From the NCBI GenBank assembly GCA_963789265.1, contig CAWBKB010000006.1, positions 96,001 through 160,000 of the forward strand: 64,000 nt of DNA. The letters run 5' to 3'. Origin of the DNA: an uncultured delta proteobacterium (lineage in GTDB: Bacteria; Desulfobacterota; Desulfomonilia; Desulfomonilales; Desulfomonilaceae). The notes under the pieces were generated by a model, which saw nothing but the letters and a program-made list of their open reading frames with translations, made no database searches and was not told the origin of the DNA. Below, one piece after another: positions 19,557-30,500 of the stretch (the first letter of the stretch is position 1; every line of letters starts with the position of its first letter). The translations under genes and the position numbers were made by a program.

Positions 19557-20876
19557 ATGAGTCGTTTCCTATACAATGTAGTCCTTCACTCCCTCGTGCC
19601 TCCTTTTCTTGCCGTCTATTACTTTCCCCGAATCGTGCTGGGAAAGAAGTATCGACAATCTCTCCTCGGAAAGCTTGGCAGACTACCGGCCGACTTTGTT
19701 CCGGAGAAATTGTCGAAGCCTCGCGTGTGGTTTCACGCAGTCTCGGTGGGCGAAGTAACCGCGCTCGGACCTCTGGTGAAGGAGTTCAAGGAACTGCAAC
19801 CGTTGGCCTCGGTGATCGTCTCTACGGGGACCGAGACCGGTCAGGCCAGAGCGCACGAAGTAATCCCGCACGCAGATGGCTTCTTTTATCTTCCTTTGGA
19901 TTTCCCTGCCTTTGTCAACAATGTGGTCAACAGGATACGACCCGATCTTTTCGTCTTGATGGAAACCGAGCTTTGGCCGAACCTGATCCATAGCATCAAA
20001 AGCAGTGGCGCCACAATTGCCTTGGCCAACGGCCGTATTTCAGACCGATCCTTCCCTCGTTACAAGCGGTTGCGAGCATTCTTCGCTCTGACATTGAACC
20101 ACTTTGACCTTTTTCTGATGGCCTCGGAAGTAGACGGCCGGCGCATGGAGGAAATGGGGGCACCCTCCGGAAGAGTCCAGGTCACAGGCAACACCAAGTT
20201 CGACGCGGCCCTTCTGAAAACCCCGGCAGATGTTAAACCGGACATAAGCGACGTTCTTGAGATCGACGGATCTGTGCCCGTTTTTGTAGCCGGTAGCACG
20301 CACCCGGGTGAACACGAGATTGTCTTGGACGCGTATCGCGCTCTGGCCGAAAAGTTCCCTGACCTCCTGCTGATCCTCGTCCCCAGACACGTCGAAAAGA
20401 GCCCTCAGATCCTCTCGGCCATGCGGGATCGTAATATGGAGCCGCCGTTTCTCCGTAGCTCGGTGGAGACCGGAGAAAAGAGAAACGGGCGCAAAGTTAT
20501 AATCGTGGACCGTACCGGAGAGCTGTTTCAGATCTTTTCACTTGCGTCTGTGGTGTTCATAGGCGGTTCACTGGTCCCCAGGGGAGGTCAGAATATCCTG
20601 GAGCCGGCCGCCTGGGGGAAAATGGTGCTCTTCGGACCGTCTACGGAGGACTTCAGAGACGCTCGGGACATTCTGGTGAGTGCGGGTTCAGGCATAGAAG
20701 TTACAGGGACCGAAGACCTGATCCGAGAGGTAGCCGGGGTTCTTTCAAACCCTGCCCGCGCTGAAATACTTGGCAAAAGAGGTCGTGAGGAAATTCTAAA
20801 GCATGTGGGCAGCGCTCGAAAGAACGCGGAGATCCTCGCTAAATTGCTCTCGACTAAATACGCGGGCACTCGGTAG
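19557..20876 (+). CDS. waaA: 3-deoxy-D-manno-octulosonic acid (Kdo) transferase
   Basis: WFHAVSVGE, ETELWPN, GNTKFD, AGSTHPGE, GGQNILEPA. Confidence 0.95.
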   Translation: MSRFLYNVVLHSLVPPFLAVYYFPRIVLGKKYRQSLLGKLGRLPADFVPEKLSKPRVWFHAVSVGEVTALGPLVKEFKELQPLASVIVSTGTETGQARAHEVIPHADGFFYLPLDFPAFVNNVVNRIRPDLFVLMETELWPNLIHSIKSSGATIALANGRISDRSFPRYKRLRAFFALTLNHFDLFLMASEVDGRRMEEMGAPSGRVQVTGNTKFDAALLKTPADVKPDISDVLEIDGSVPVFVAGSTHPGEHEIVLDAYRALAEKFPDLLLILVPRHVEKSPQILSAMRDRNMEPPFLRSSVETGEKRNGRKVIIVDRTGELFQIFSLASVVFIGGSLVPRGGQNILEPAAWGKMVLFGPSTEDFRDARDILVSAGSGIEVTGTEDLIREVAGVLSNPARAEILGKRGREEILKHVGSARKNAEILAKLLSTKYAGTR

Positions 20877-20896
20877 TACCACCTGGAGCCCGCGCT

Positions 20897-21247
20897 TCAC
20901 TGCTTCGATAACAATGTGCCAAGCTTTTGCAACGCTTCTGATACGGTTTTTGCCGGCAGGGCGCATATCAGTTCTGCATTTCGAGCACGCCAATCCAGGC
21001 TTTTCACTTGGTCGCACAAAATTGCGCCGTTTACCGGCAACCCGGCAGGCAGGCGAACCTCGAATGGATAGCCCTTGATTTGATTGGTAATGGGACACAA
21101 AATAGCCAATCCCACCTTGCCGTTATAGCTTTCCGGCGAGAATATTACTGCAGGGCGACGTCCGGCTTGTTCGCGGCCTGCTTGCGGATTCAGGCCGATC
21201 CAGACCACGTCCCCGCGTTGAGGAACATAGGTCTTGGTACTTACCAC
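20897..21247 (-). CDS. mazF: MazF/PemK endoribonuclease toxin
   Basis: YVPQRGD, NPQAGREQAGRRPA, CPIT, DQVKSLDW. Confidence 0.95.
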   Translation of the reverse strand: MVSTKTYVPQRGDVVWIGLNPQAGREQAGRRPAVIFSPESYNGKVGLAILCPITNQIKGYPFEVRLPAGLPVNGAILCDQVKSLDWRARNAELICALPAKTVSEALQKLGTLLSKQ

Positions 21248-21483
21248 GCCTCGCCCCCCACGGCAGGGCCGGTATTAATCTCGTCATGCAAGTTGTCCTC
21301 AGTGACCAGTGCCAAGAGTTCTTCGAGAGTCGGCTCTGGTTCGATCACAGGTGCCATGATGAGTTTCCCGTTCTCCACTAATAGCTCGACTGAAGACTCA
21401 TTCCCGAGTCCTACTTCAGCGGCGAAGGATTTGGGGATGCGCAGAGCAAGGCTATTACCCCATTTGTGAACTCGGGTTCTCAT
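21241..21483 (-). CDS. mazE: MazE/AbrB-type antitoxin
   Basis: KWGNSLALRIPK, TLEELL; overlaps the toxin start. Confidence 0.95.
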   Translation of the reverse strand: MRTRVHKWGNSLALRIPKSFAAEVGLGNESSVELLVENGKLIMAPVIEPEPTLEELLALVTEDNLHDEINTGPAVGGEAW

Positions 21484-21513
21484 ATAAAGCCTCCGTCAAC
21501 AGTATATACATTA

Positions 21514-21541
21514 ACGATACGGATATTTGTGTCTTTGTCAA
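21514..21541 (-). promoter_or_regulatory. Putative sigma70 promoter of mazEF
   Basis: TTGACA-16 bp-TATCGT on the minus strand; GTATATAC palindrome just downstream. Confidence 0.4.
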
Positions 21542-21672
21542 CTCTGTCAAGCGAGACGCCAGGGCAGGCGCTTGATTTCGCGCAAACTACGCGCTAACAT
21601 TGTAAGTACTTTTTTTAGCGATCCTTTAGTGCGCTCTCTCCTCCCGCCCTCGCAAGTTGGAAGCGACACAAC

Positions 21673-22614
21673 ATGCGCTCAAAATTGCTCATCATTTTGA
21701 TTCTGCTCCTCGTTGGAGGATGCCTGAGCGACCGGGACTCGAAAATAGTCAACTTCTCCAAGGTCATCGAAGTTGCCAAGCCCCGTGCCGCTGACCCTGA
21801 GGATATACGACTGCGGGTCGCTGTTGCGGCGATGATCTCGCCGAAAGAGACCTTCGTATACTATCGCGAGCTTCTTAATTATATCGGCAAAAAATTGGGG
21901 AAAAAAGTCCAGTTGGTTCAACGAAGGACTTATGCTGAGTTCAACGAACTTCTCGGAAGAGGCGAAATCGACATGGCTTTCATCTGTTCGGGACCGTATG
22001 CCCTAGGCAAGGATAAATACGGGTTCGAGATGCTTGCCACACCCGAGATCAATGGCAATCACTCTTACCAGGCCTATCTCATCGTTAACGAGAGGAGCCC
22101 ATTCAAGACCCTGGAAGACTTGCGAGGCAAGACATTCGCTTTCACGGACCCGGATTCCAATACTGGGCACTTGGTGCCGATCCACTGGATTAAAGCGATC
22201 CACGAGAATCCGGAGACCTTCTTCAGCAGCACCATCTACACTTATAGCCACGACAACGCCATCAAAGCGGTTGCAAGGGGACTTGTGGACGCAGCCTCTG
22301 TCGACAGTTTAATTTGGGAATTCTATAATCGAAGGAACCGAAAAATAACCGAAGCAACCAGAATCATTAAGAAGTCGGATCTCTATGGGATTCCACCTTT
22401 GGTGACATCCAAGAATCTTTCCGGTGCTGTGAAAGAGCGGATTCGAAAGATCCTTTTCTCCATGCACCAAGATCGCGACGGCAAGAGAATTCTAGGTCAC
22501 CTCATGATTGATCGCTTTGTACAGCCGATGGATAATTGGTACGACAGCATCAAAGCAATGGCCGGAGTACCCCACCCCCGACCGAGGAACGCTGATGGCC
22601 CTGAAAAGCCTTAG
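21673..22614 (+). CDS. PhnD-like periplasmic oxyanion-binding lipoprotein (regulatory; no transporter adjacent)
   Basis: Lipobox-like LVGGC, QRRTYAE, AFICSGPY, FTDPDSNTG, SHDNAI. Confidence 0.85.
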   Translation: MRSKLLIILILLLVGGCLSDRDSKIVNFSKVIEVAKPRAADPEDIRLRVAVAAMISPKETFVYYRELLNYIGKKLGKKVQLVQRRTYAEFNELLGRGEIDMAFICSGPYALGKDKYGFEMLATPEINGNHSYQAYLIVNERSPFKTLEDLRGKTFAFTDPDSNTGHLVPIHWIKAIHENPETFFSSTIYTYSHDNAIKAVARGLVDAASVDSLIWEFYNRRNRKITEATRIIKKSDLYGIPPLVTSKNLSGAVKERIRKILFSMHQDRDGKRILGHLMIDRFVQPMDNWYDSIKAMAGVPHPRPRNADGPEKP

Positions 22615-24796
22615 AAGCCAGTTGCTCGTTGCCGTATCATGCCTGGTGGTAGGTAGCGGTGTGCTGATCTCCTTCGTGGTGACCGACCGTTACACGGAAA
22701 GCCTGCTTTCCGCAGTCAAGAGTCAGGCAGAGGATCTTGCGCATGCAGTCGCCTTGGAGGCTGCTGACAAGGTTCTAATAAACGACCTCGTTGCCCTTCA
22801 AAAGATGTTGGACTACCAAATGAGAAGCAACCCCTCTGTGGCGTACCTTTTCATTATGAGAGACGGGAAGATTCTGGCCCACACTTTTAAAAACGGCGTA
22901 CCGATCGAGCTTGTAGGCGCAAACAAGAATCACTCGAAAAATAGAGGGCATTTGCAAAACATCGCCTCGACAAAGGGTGAACACTATCTGGATATTGCCT
23001 GGCCGATATTTTCCGGCCGTGCCGGAATGCTGCGACTCGGTTTTTCGGAAGAACCTTTTAGGAAGCAAGTCAAAACGCTTTGGCTTCAAATGAGTCTGAT
23101 CACCATCGGACTTTTGCTTCTCGCAGTTGTGGGAAGCCTCATTTTTGTGCGAAGTATCACTGATCCCCTTTCCAGACTGGCCAGCGCCACCAGGCGAATA
23201 AATAAGGATGAGCTGGATGTCGCGGTAGAGGTGCGGGGGCAAGACGAAGTAGCGGCTTTGGCTGCTGCTTTCAACCTTATGGTCAGCAGAGTCAGGGATT
23301 ACACTCAGAGGCTCGAAAACAAGGCGAAGGAACTGGAGCGCAGCCACAAGCAGACGACGACGTTTTGCGATATCGTCAGAGAAATCGGTGCATTGCCGAC
23401 ACTGCACGAAATTGGTCCGGCGCTCATCAAGAGATTCGAGAACATTCTGATTTGTCGTGAGATGGTGTTGCTGGTATTGAACGACGAACGGACGAGCCTT
23501 TACAGCCTTTCCCGAACCGACCTCAAAGTGATCGACGAAAGCAAATCCATACGTCTCGCAGGCAAAGCACTGGAGCAAACGAACAGGCTCACGTTTCTGA
23601 ACAAACCAATTCTGACGAGCCCTATTGTGCCCAAATCTTTCCGGTCAGCGGTCCAACAGGCGATAATCCCTATTGCAAGTGAGTATCAAATCTTGGGCGG
23701 GCTCGCCATTGCCTGCCCTGGTGATTGTGAGTGCGATCTGAAAGAAGCCGAGGCGGTCAGTCTCATACTGGGCCAGTCCGCAGGAGTCATCAGGCGGGCC
23801 TTATTGCACGAAGAAGCTGCAAACGATCTTCGCACGAGAATTGAAGCGTGTGCGGGATTCTGTGGCATTGTTGGGAAAGATCCCAAGATGCAGGTGGTTT
23901 ACAGGTTGATTGAAGACGTGGCGCGCACTGATGCTACGGTCCTCATTCAAGGCGAAAGCGGCACTGGAAAAGAACTGGTGGCCAGGGCCATTCATCTGCA
24001 AAGCGAGAGAAAAGATAAAGCGTTTGTGGTTATTAACTGTTCGGCTTACCCTGAATCCTTGTTGGAAAGCGAACTCTTCGGGTACGAAAAAGGGGCCTTC
24101 ACAGGGGCGACACGGCAGAAGCCAGGACGATTTGAACAAGCTGACGGCGGAACAGTTTTCTTGGACGAGATCGGAGAGATTCCCCCTCAAGCACAGATAA
24201 AACTCTTGCGTGTGATCCAGACGCAGAAGTTTGAGCGCCTGGGAGGCGAGCAGAGCCTCAAGGTAAACGTAAGGATACTGACTGCTACGAACAAGGATCT
24301 ACTGAGCGAGGTCAAAAAGGGCAGTTTTCGCGAAGACCTCTTTTATCGGCTCAATGTGATTCCAATTTTCTTGCCGCCCCTCAGGCAGCGTCCGAATGAT
24401 ATCCCTCTATTAGCCAATTACTTTCTTCGCCACTTTGCCGCTGTCCAGGGTAAGGACATTCGAGAGTTCAGCCCGGAGGCCATGCGTAGGATACTTGATC
24501 ATTCCTGGTTCGGCAACGTTAGGGAACTCGAAAACAGTATAGAACACGCTGTTGTACTTGCTAAGGCGAGTCAAATCGAGGCCGTGGACCTGCCTGCCGC
24601 GATCCGAGGTTCATCAATTCCGGCCTATTCGGGAACCTTACCGCTTGCTCTGGAAACCGATAGAGCATTGCTCGAAAAAGTGCTGACAGACTGCAACTGG
24701 AACAAGAAAAGCGCGGCGCGGCGTCTCGGTATAGGTCGCAGCACTCTTTATTCAAAGCTTAAGAAATACCGCATCGCGAAACCAACCCTGCAATGA
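22595..24796 (+). CDS. Membrane-anchored sigma54 enhancer-binding protein (TM-periplasmic sensor-TM-HAMP-GAF-like-AAA+-HTH)
   Basis: Two TM helices, HAMP ([13 protein letters not shown]), [15 protein letters not shown]-terminal [16 protein letters not shown]. Confidence 0.9.
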   Translation: MALKSLRSQLLVAVSCLVVGSGVLISFVVTDRYTESLLSAVKSQAEDLAHAVALEAADKVLINDLVALQKMLDYQMRSNPSVAYLFIMRDGKILAHTFKNGVPIELVGANKNHSKNRGHLQNIASTKGEHYLDIAWPIFSGRAGMLRLGFSEEPFRKQVKTLWLQMSLITIGLLLLAVVGSLIFVRSITDPLSRLASATRRINKDELDVAVEVRGQDEVAALAAAFNLMVSRVRDYTQRLENKAKELERSHKQTTTFCDIVREIGALPTLHEIGPALIKRFENILICREMVLLVLNDERTSLYSLSRTDLKVIDESKSIRLAGKALEQTNRLTFLNKPILTSPIVPKSFRSAVQQAIIPIASEYQILGGLAIACPGDCECDLKEAEAVSLILGQSAGVIRRALLHEEAANDLRTRIEACAGFCGIVGKDPKMQVVYRLIEDVARTDATVLIQGESGTGKELVARAIHLQSERKDKAFVVINCSAYPESLLESELFGYEKGAFTGATRQKPGRFEQADGGTVFLDEIGEIPPQAQIKLLRVIQTQKFERLGGEQSLKVNVRILTATNKDLLSEVKKGSFREDLFYRLNVIPIFLPPLRQRPNDIPLLANYFLRHFAAVQGKDIREFSPEAMRRILDHSWFGNVRELENSIEHAVVLAKASQIEAVDLPAAIRGSSIPAYSGTLPLALETDRALLEKVLTDCNWNKKSAARRLGIGRSTLYSKLKKYRIAKPTLQ

Positions 24797-24823
24797 ACGC
24801 CTCAATGTTTCTTTCTAGGAACG

Positions 24824-24905
24824 GTGTCTTAATTCGGGACACGACAACCTGCCATAATTTATAACAAATCTCTCTCACGTATAATGGTGTTCAGAATTGA
24901 GACAC
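24824..24905. promoter_or_regulatory. Two candidate enhancer (UAS) sites for the sigma54 activator
   Basis: GTGTCTTAATTCGGGACAC (24824-24842) and GTGTTCAGAATTGAGACAC (24887-24905; reverse complement GTGTCTCAATTCTGAACAC), 63 bp apart. Confidence 0.65.
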
Positions 24906-24969
24906 ATATTCTGGACGATCTGTTCTCCGTACCGTGTTGTTTTCCACACATCGCCCACTCCGCTCCGAA

Positions 24970-24984
24970 TGGCACGAGATTTGC
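24970..24984 (+). promoter_or_regulatory. sigma54 -24/-12 promoter
   Basis: TGGCACGAGATTTGC matches TGGCAC-N5-TTGC exactly. Confidence 0.85.
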
Positions 24985-25023
24985 CTATATGTACCGGAAA
25001 TGTCCATTTTGGGGAACCCACCA

Positions 25024-25446
25024 ATGAAAGGCCCTATCATGGTCATCGATGCCGACAAAAGAACCTGTCGCTCGATGTGCAACCTACTAGAAGCACATCA
25101 GTATCTCGCCATACCATCGCACTCATTGGCAACTATCGAAAACCTCATTGAAAAGAACTCTTGCCGAGTCGTGATCTTAGATCTGGACACTGTGTCGGTT
25201 GACAATCACCACTTTCGTGATCTCAAAAGGAAATATCCCGACTTGCACATCCTAGCGGTTTCCGAACGGCTTCTTCATCCTGAGCTGAAAGAGGCCATGA
25301 CAACCTGCATCTATGCTTGCCTTTGCAAACCGGTAGATCCGGACGACCTGATCTACTTGGTGGGGAGTATTTTCCGCGATGCAACAAATTCAGATGGAAA
25401 TCCTGTGGACAAAGGAATGGAAGGCCCTTCATTCACCGCGAGATAA
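25024..25446 (+). CDS. Stand-alone receiver (REC)-like domain protein
   Basis: IMVIDAD, VVILDL, AVS and CKP receiver pattern. Confidence 0.7.
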   Translation: MKGPIMVIDADKRTCRSMCNLLEAHQYLAIPSHSLATIENLIEKNSCRVVILDLDTVSVDNHHFRDLKRKYPDLHILAVSERLLHPELKEAMTTCIYACLCKPVDPDDLIYLVGSIFRDATNSDGNPVDKGMEGPSFTAR

Positions 25447-25473
25447 CAATGATCAAAGAGGAGGACAGAAGGA

Positions 25474-26265
25474 GTGGCAGCAATGAGTAAACGCGAAGAT
25501 CCCATGGATAGGCGTCAGTTCCTTCGTCTAGGAGGACTTGCCGGCGCTGGTGCGTTGGCTGGAACGGCGTCCGTTCACGCGGCCGAGCCTAATGCCGAAA
25601 ACAAACAGGCCATCCGTTACGGCATGATCATCGATCTGAAAAGATGCGTGGGATGCAAGGCCTGCGCTGCTGCTTGCAAGGCAGAGAACCATACCCCACC
25701 GGGTGTCGTGTACAACATCGTGATGGAAAAGGAGGTGGGGACATACCCGGATGTGCGGCGCCTATTTATTTCCAGGCCATGCATGCACTGCGCTACACCT
25801 TCCTGCACGGTCGTATGCCCGACAAAGGCCACGTTCATCCGCGACGATGGCATCGTAGCCATCGATTATGATCGATGCATTGGATGCCGATACTGCATCT
25901 CAGCTTGCCCTTACGGTGTACGGGCATTCGATTATGGCCATAACTACCATGACAGCCCTACGCCCTACGAGTCACAGCCCTCCCCTGAGTACGGCCAGAA
26001 CAGGAATCGTCATTTGACGGGGAACGAATCGCCCCGAGGCAATGTGCGGAAGTGTCATTTCTGCATTCATCGGGTGAAAAAAGGCCTGAGCCCGGCCTGT
26101 GCGACCACCTGCATCGGGAATGCAATCCATTTCGGCAACTTAAACGACCCTGACGCTCTCTGCACCGTTCATGGGGAAAAGCTCCGGTTTCTTCTGGCTA
26201 CTCGCGATCATATGCGCCTGAAGGAGGAACTGGGGAATAATCCGAGCGTGTATTACCTAACATAA
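25474..26265 (+). CDS. 4x[4Fe-4S] electron-transfer subunit (TtrB/SrdB/PsrB-like) with Tat signal
   Basis: DRRQFLR; CVGCKAC, CMHCATPSC, CIGCRYC, KCHFC motifs. Confidence 0.92.
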   Translation: MAAMSKREDPMDRRQFLRLGGLAGAGALAGTASVHAAEPNAENKQAIRYGMIIDLKRCVGCKACAAACKAENHTPPGVVYNIVMEKEVGTYPDVRRLFISRPCMHCATPSCTVVCPTKATFIRDDGIVAIDYDRCIGCRYCISACPYGVRAFDYGHNYHDSPTPYESQPSPEYGQNRNRHLTGNESPRGNVRKCHFCIHRVKKGLSPACATTCIGNAIHFGNLNDPDALCTVHGEKLRFLLATRDHMRLKEELGNNPSVYYLT

Positions 26266-26276
26266 GGGGCGGAATC

Positions 26277-27560
26277 ATGGAAACCAATAACAATGAGACA
26301 AGTCCGTTGATCCGAGTGATCGGCTACATCGTGCTTATCGTTGTGACTGCGGTGGGATTGTGGGAAATGGCGGCGAAATTCCTGAATGGCCCTATAGACG
26401 AGGGCACCACGCAACTAGTCACGTGGGGAATATGGGTGTCCGGGTACATCTTTTTCCTTGGCCTTTCGGCCGGGTCGTTCCTCATCTCAACTATGATTTA
26501 CGTCTTCGGGGTGAAGCAGTTGGAGGAAGCGGGACCTGCGGCCCTGGTTCAGGCCTTGGGGTGTTTGCTCCTCGGCGGTGCCCTCATAGTGCTCGACGCG
26601 GGTCATCCTGAGCGGATATATAAGGTCCTGCTCTACTTCAATCCGACTTCCGTGATGGCTTGGATGGGGTTGTTTTACAATATTTACATTGCCATCATCA
26701 TTGCAGAGATTTACTTGGTCATGAGACCGGGATTTGTCCGGAGCGTACGGTCGGGAAAGCGACCCATCTGGTTGTACCGTCTAATGTCGCTGGGCAGTAC
26801 ACGCCTGGACCGAGAAAGTTTCCTCAGAGACCGGAAGTGGATGATGATCCTGGGCATCCTGGGGATACCGGCTGCAATCATAGTCCACGGTGGTGTCGGC
26901 ACTATCTTCGCTGTGGCCAAAGCGCGCCCAAGCTGGTTGGGTGGGCTCTTTCCACTGATCTTCATCGTTTCGGCTCTGACTTCCGGCGGAGCACTGTTGA
27001 CCTTCCTGACGGCGGCCTTTGGCAAGATGCCGCGTGAGCGGAAGCTCAAGCTCGTAAGTTTTCTGGCTCGGTTGACGATTGGTTTCTTGCTTCTCGACGC
27101 GCTGTTCATGTTTTCAGACATGTTCACGACTTCGTATACGGCTATTCCAAGTGCGGCCTCGACGGATAAGCTTATTCTCTTCGGCCCGTACAAGTGGATT
27201 TTTTGGATTGTTCAAGTAGCCTTGGGATTCGTGATTCCCTTGTTCTTGGTAGCCAGCCCAAGAACCAACAAGGCCCTAAGCTGGCTCGGTCTTGCGGGTC
27301 TCCTCGTGGTGATAGGCCTGTTCGGTGCCCGCTTGACACTCGTCATTCCGCCCCAGATAAAGCCTCTATTCGACATGCAGTTGGGGGCGTACAACCAAAT
27401 TCGATATGCGTACGGTTACGCCCCAAGCACCAGCGACCTGCTGGTTATGCTGGGGATCTTTGCCATCGGCATTTGGATGATGCTGGGAGCCAGGAAATAC
27501 CTTCTCCTGGACGTTAAGATTCACGAAGGTGCACAGCAAGGAGGGGATGTTACCTCATGA
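26277..27560 (+). CDS. NrfD/PsrC-family membrane anchor
   Basis: WGIWVSGYIFFLGLSAG, DAGHPER, TSVMAW, about 10 TM segments. Confidence 0.92.
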   Translation: METNNNETSPLIRVIGYIVLIVVTAVGLWEMAAKFLNGPIDEGTTQLVTWGIWVSGYIFFLGLSAGSFLISTMIYVFGVKQLEEAGPAALVQALGCLLLGGALIVLDAGHPERIYKVLLYFNPTSVMAWMGLFYNIYIAIIIAEIYLVMRPGFVRSVRSGKRPIWLYRLMSLGSTRLDRESFLRDRKWMMILGILGIPAAIIVHGGVGTIFAVAKARPSWLGGLFPLIFIVSALTSGGALLTFLTAAFGKMPRERKLKLVSFLARLTIGFLLLDALFMFSDMFTTSYTAIPSAASTDKLILFGPYKWIFWIVQVALGFVIPLFLVASPRTNKALSWLGLAGLLVVIGLFGARLTLVIPPQIKPLFDMQLGAYNQIRYAYGYAPSTSDLLVMLGIFAIGIWMMLGARKYLLLDVKIHEGAQQGGDVTS

Positions 27561-30500
27561 AAAATAGCTCACAGAAAACCGATATCGACGGCAAAAACAG
27601 AGTGGAGCGGCGAGACTTCCTGCGTTCTGCGGCTTTACTCGGCGGCTGCGGTGTCTTGGCGGGAACAGTCGCACCGGTATTTGCACGCTTGGCTCACGCT
27701 CAGCGCATGGCCGAGCTGGACAAGGGCGAGTACAAGTACCTTCACAACAATCCGGAGAACACCATCTTTTCGACATGCCTCCAGTGTCACACCGACTGCT
27801 CGCTCAGATGCAAGGTGGTCGACGGTGTCCTAGTGAAAATCGACGGCAGCCCGATCTGTGCGCAGACCCGTGTGCCCAATTTGCCCTATGAAGGTGACCT
27901 TGCAAAGGCGGCGCTAGTGGAAGGGAGAATTTGTCCCAAAGGCCAAAGCGGGATCGAGACGCTGTACGATCCTCATCGCATCATTAAAGTGCTGAAACGC
28001 AAACCAGGAACGCCTCGGGGCGGCGGCCAATGGGTCACCATCGACTTCAACCTTGCGATCGGTGAAATTGTTGGAGGAGGCGACCTGTTCGGGGAAGGCC
28101 ACGTACAAGGACTGAAAGAGGTCTATGTACTCCGTGACCGCTCGGTAGCCAAGGCCATGGCAGAGGATGTAGCGAAAATCAAGAAGAAGTCAATGACGGT
28201 TGAGGAGTTTAGGAGCAAGCATGAGACGCAACTAAACACACTTATAGACCCAAACCACCCCGAACCTGGGTCCAAAAAATAACCAATTCGTGTTCTTGGC
28301 CGGGCGTATTGAGCCAGGCAGGTCAGACCTAATGAGATGGTTTACGTCTGAGAGCTTTGGGTCGGTAAATTCTTTCGAGCACACAACGATCTGCGAACAG
28401 AGTCATCACATCGCCTACAAGGAAACGACAAACAACTGGCATGGCGGAAAATGGACCGGGGGAAAAGACCACATGAAGCCGGATCTTGGCTCCGCCCGTT
28501 TCGTCATTTTTTTCGGAACCGGGTTCAGCGATGCCAACTTTGGCCCGCCGCTTCTCTCTCAACTCGTCGCAAAAGGTTCTGGCCAATGAGGATCTTAAGA
28601 TCGCTGTTTTAGATCCACGGCTTTCCCGTTCGGCGGGCAAGGCCCACTGGTGGATCCCAATAAAGCCGGGTTCCGACGGGGCCTTTGCGCAGGGAATGGC
28701 GCGCTGGATGATCGACAACGCGCGAATTGACCGCCGTTTTCTAGAAAATGCAAACCAGGCCGCTGCCAAGGCGGATCGCGAAACCGCTTGGAGCACCGCT
28801 TCCTACATGGTCAAGATCGAAGGAGGACGCCCGGCGCGTTACCTCCGGGCTGACGAAGTTGGAGTCGGAAGCAACGTCGAATTTGTCGTGTCACACGCGG
28901 GAACACTCCTGGCAGTTAATCCAAACGACAAAGATCACGCCATTGAAGGTGACCTGGAAGCTAAAGTGGACAAGGACGGGATCGTCGCGAGGACCGCTTA
29001 CAATCTGTTCCGCGATAGGGTGCGCGAGAAGACGCTCGCCCAGTACGCCGAGATGTGTGGTGTCTCACAGGATACCATCGCCGACATGGCTCGGCAGTTT
29101 ACCTCGTACGGGAAACAGGCAGCGGCAGAATTCTACCGAGGACCCGTGAAGCATACGGACGGCTATTACAACGGCCAAGCGATTATTCTCCTCAACGTTC
29201 TCATCGGAAACTCGGGCTGGAAGGGGGGCTTGGCCCAGGGCGGCGGCCATTGGCACGAATTCGGTGGGGCACCTGGGAACCCGTACGATTTCAAGGAAAT
29301 GCACCCCGCACCGCATTGGAATTTCGGGGTCAAGGTGAGTCGCGAGCGCGCGACGTACCGAGGAAAGCACTCTGTTTGCAGGCTATCCGGCCAAGCGCCC
29401 GTGGTATCCTTTTACCGCCAACCTCTACCAGGAAGTGATCCCTTCAGCAAAGGAGGGATATCCCTATCCCATAAAGGTGTTGTTTCTACACATGGGGACG
29501 CCCGTTCTCTCTACGCCGGCGGGCCACAGACAAATCGCCATTCTCAAGGATACGAAAAAGGTTCCGCTGTTTATCGCTTGTGACATTCTGATTGGCGAAA
29601 CCAGCATGTACGCGGACTATGTTTTTCCCGACTCGACGTATTTAGAGCGCTGGGGATTACCCGGGGGGGGGCCTCCGGCGATGCTCGCCCCTTTGAGCAA
29701 AGTGCGTCAGCCCGTCGTAGCACCTTTGACGGAGAGTACCAAGGTTGACGGGATCGAGATGCCGATCAATATGGAGGCGTTCCTTATTGCGCTCGGCAAA
29801 AAGCTGAAGTTGCCCGGCATCGGCAAGGACGCCTTGGGGCCGGGAAAGAACTTCGACCATCAAGACGACTGGTACCTCAAGAGTGTGGCCAACATCGCAA
29901 TGGGCGACAAAAAGGGAGACAAAGTCCCGGCTGCGGACGCGAAAGAGATGGACCTTTTTCGCAAGGCTCGAAGACACCTGCCGAAAAGTGTTTTCGACGA
30001 AGAGCGCTGGAAGAATGCTGTAGGTGCCGATTATTGGCCCCATGCGGTATTCGTGCTCAACCGCGGCGGCCGTTTCGAAGGCTCGGATAAAATGTACAAA
30101 GGCGACACGCAAGCTCATCCCTACTCGGGAATTTTCCAAGTGTTCGTTGAACGTGTAGCCGGGGGGCGCAATTCCCTTTCCGGCCAACCATTCGACGGCC
30201 TGCCGGCCCTGGAAGGGCCCAGGTTCGCGAACGGCAAGCCGGTTGAACAGAATGGGGACTATCCGTTGCGCCTGATCACCTTTAAAGAGATCTTTGGCGG
30301 GCAGAGTCGCACCGTGCCGATGGACCAATGGTTGACCGAACTCAGGCCCGAGAATGCCGTCCTGTTGAACCGCGTAGACGCGAAGAAGTTAGGTCTACGT
30401 ACAGGCGACCGTGTGCGATTAAGGTCAGCCACTAATCCTCAAGGATCATTCGATCTGGGAAACGGCGAGATTCGCCGTGTTGAGGGTGCCGTCAAAGTAA

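Noticed and set aside
22775..23578. Long antisense ORFs (also 29657..30328, 38845..39486, 60207..60833)
   Set aside because: Shadow ORFs opposite well-supported genes.
28283..28589. Selenocysteine read-through or genuinely split subunits in the TtrA-like gene
   Set aside because: The stops arise from frame changes fixed by single-base removal; none is an in-frame TGA at a Cys position.
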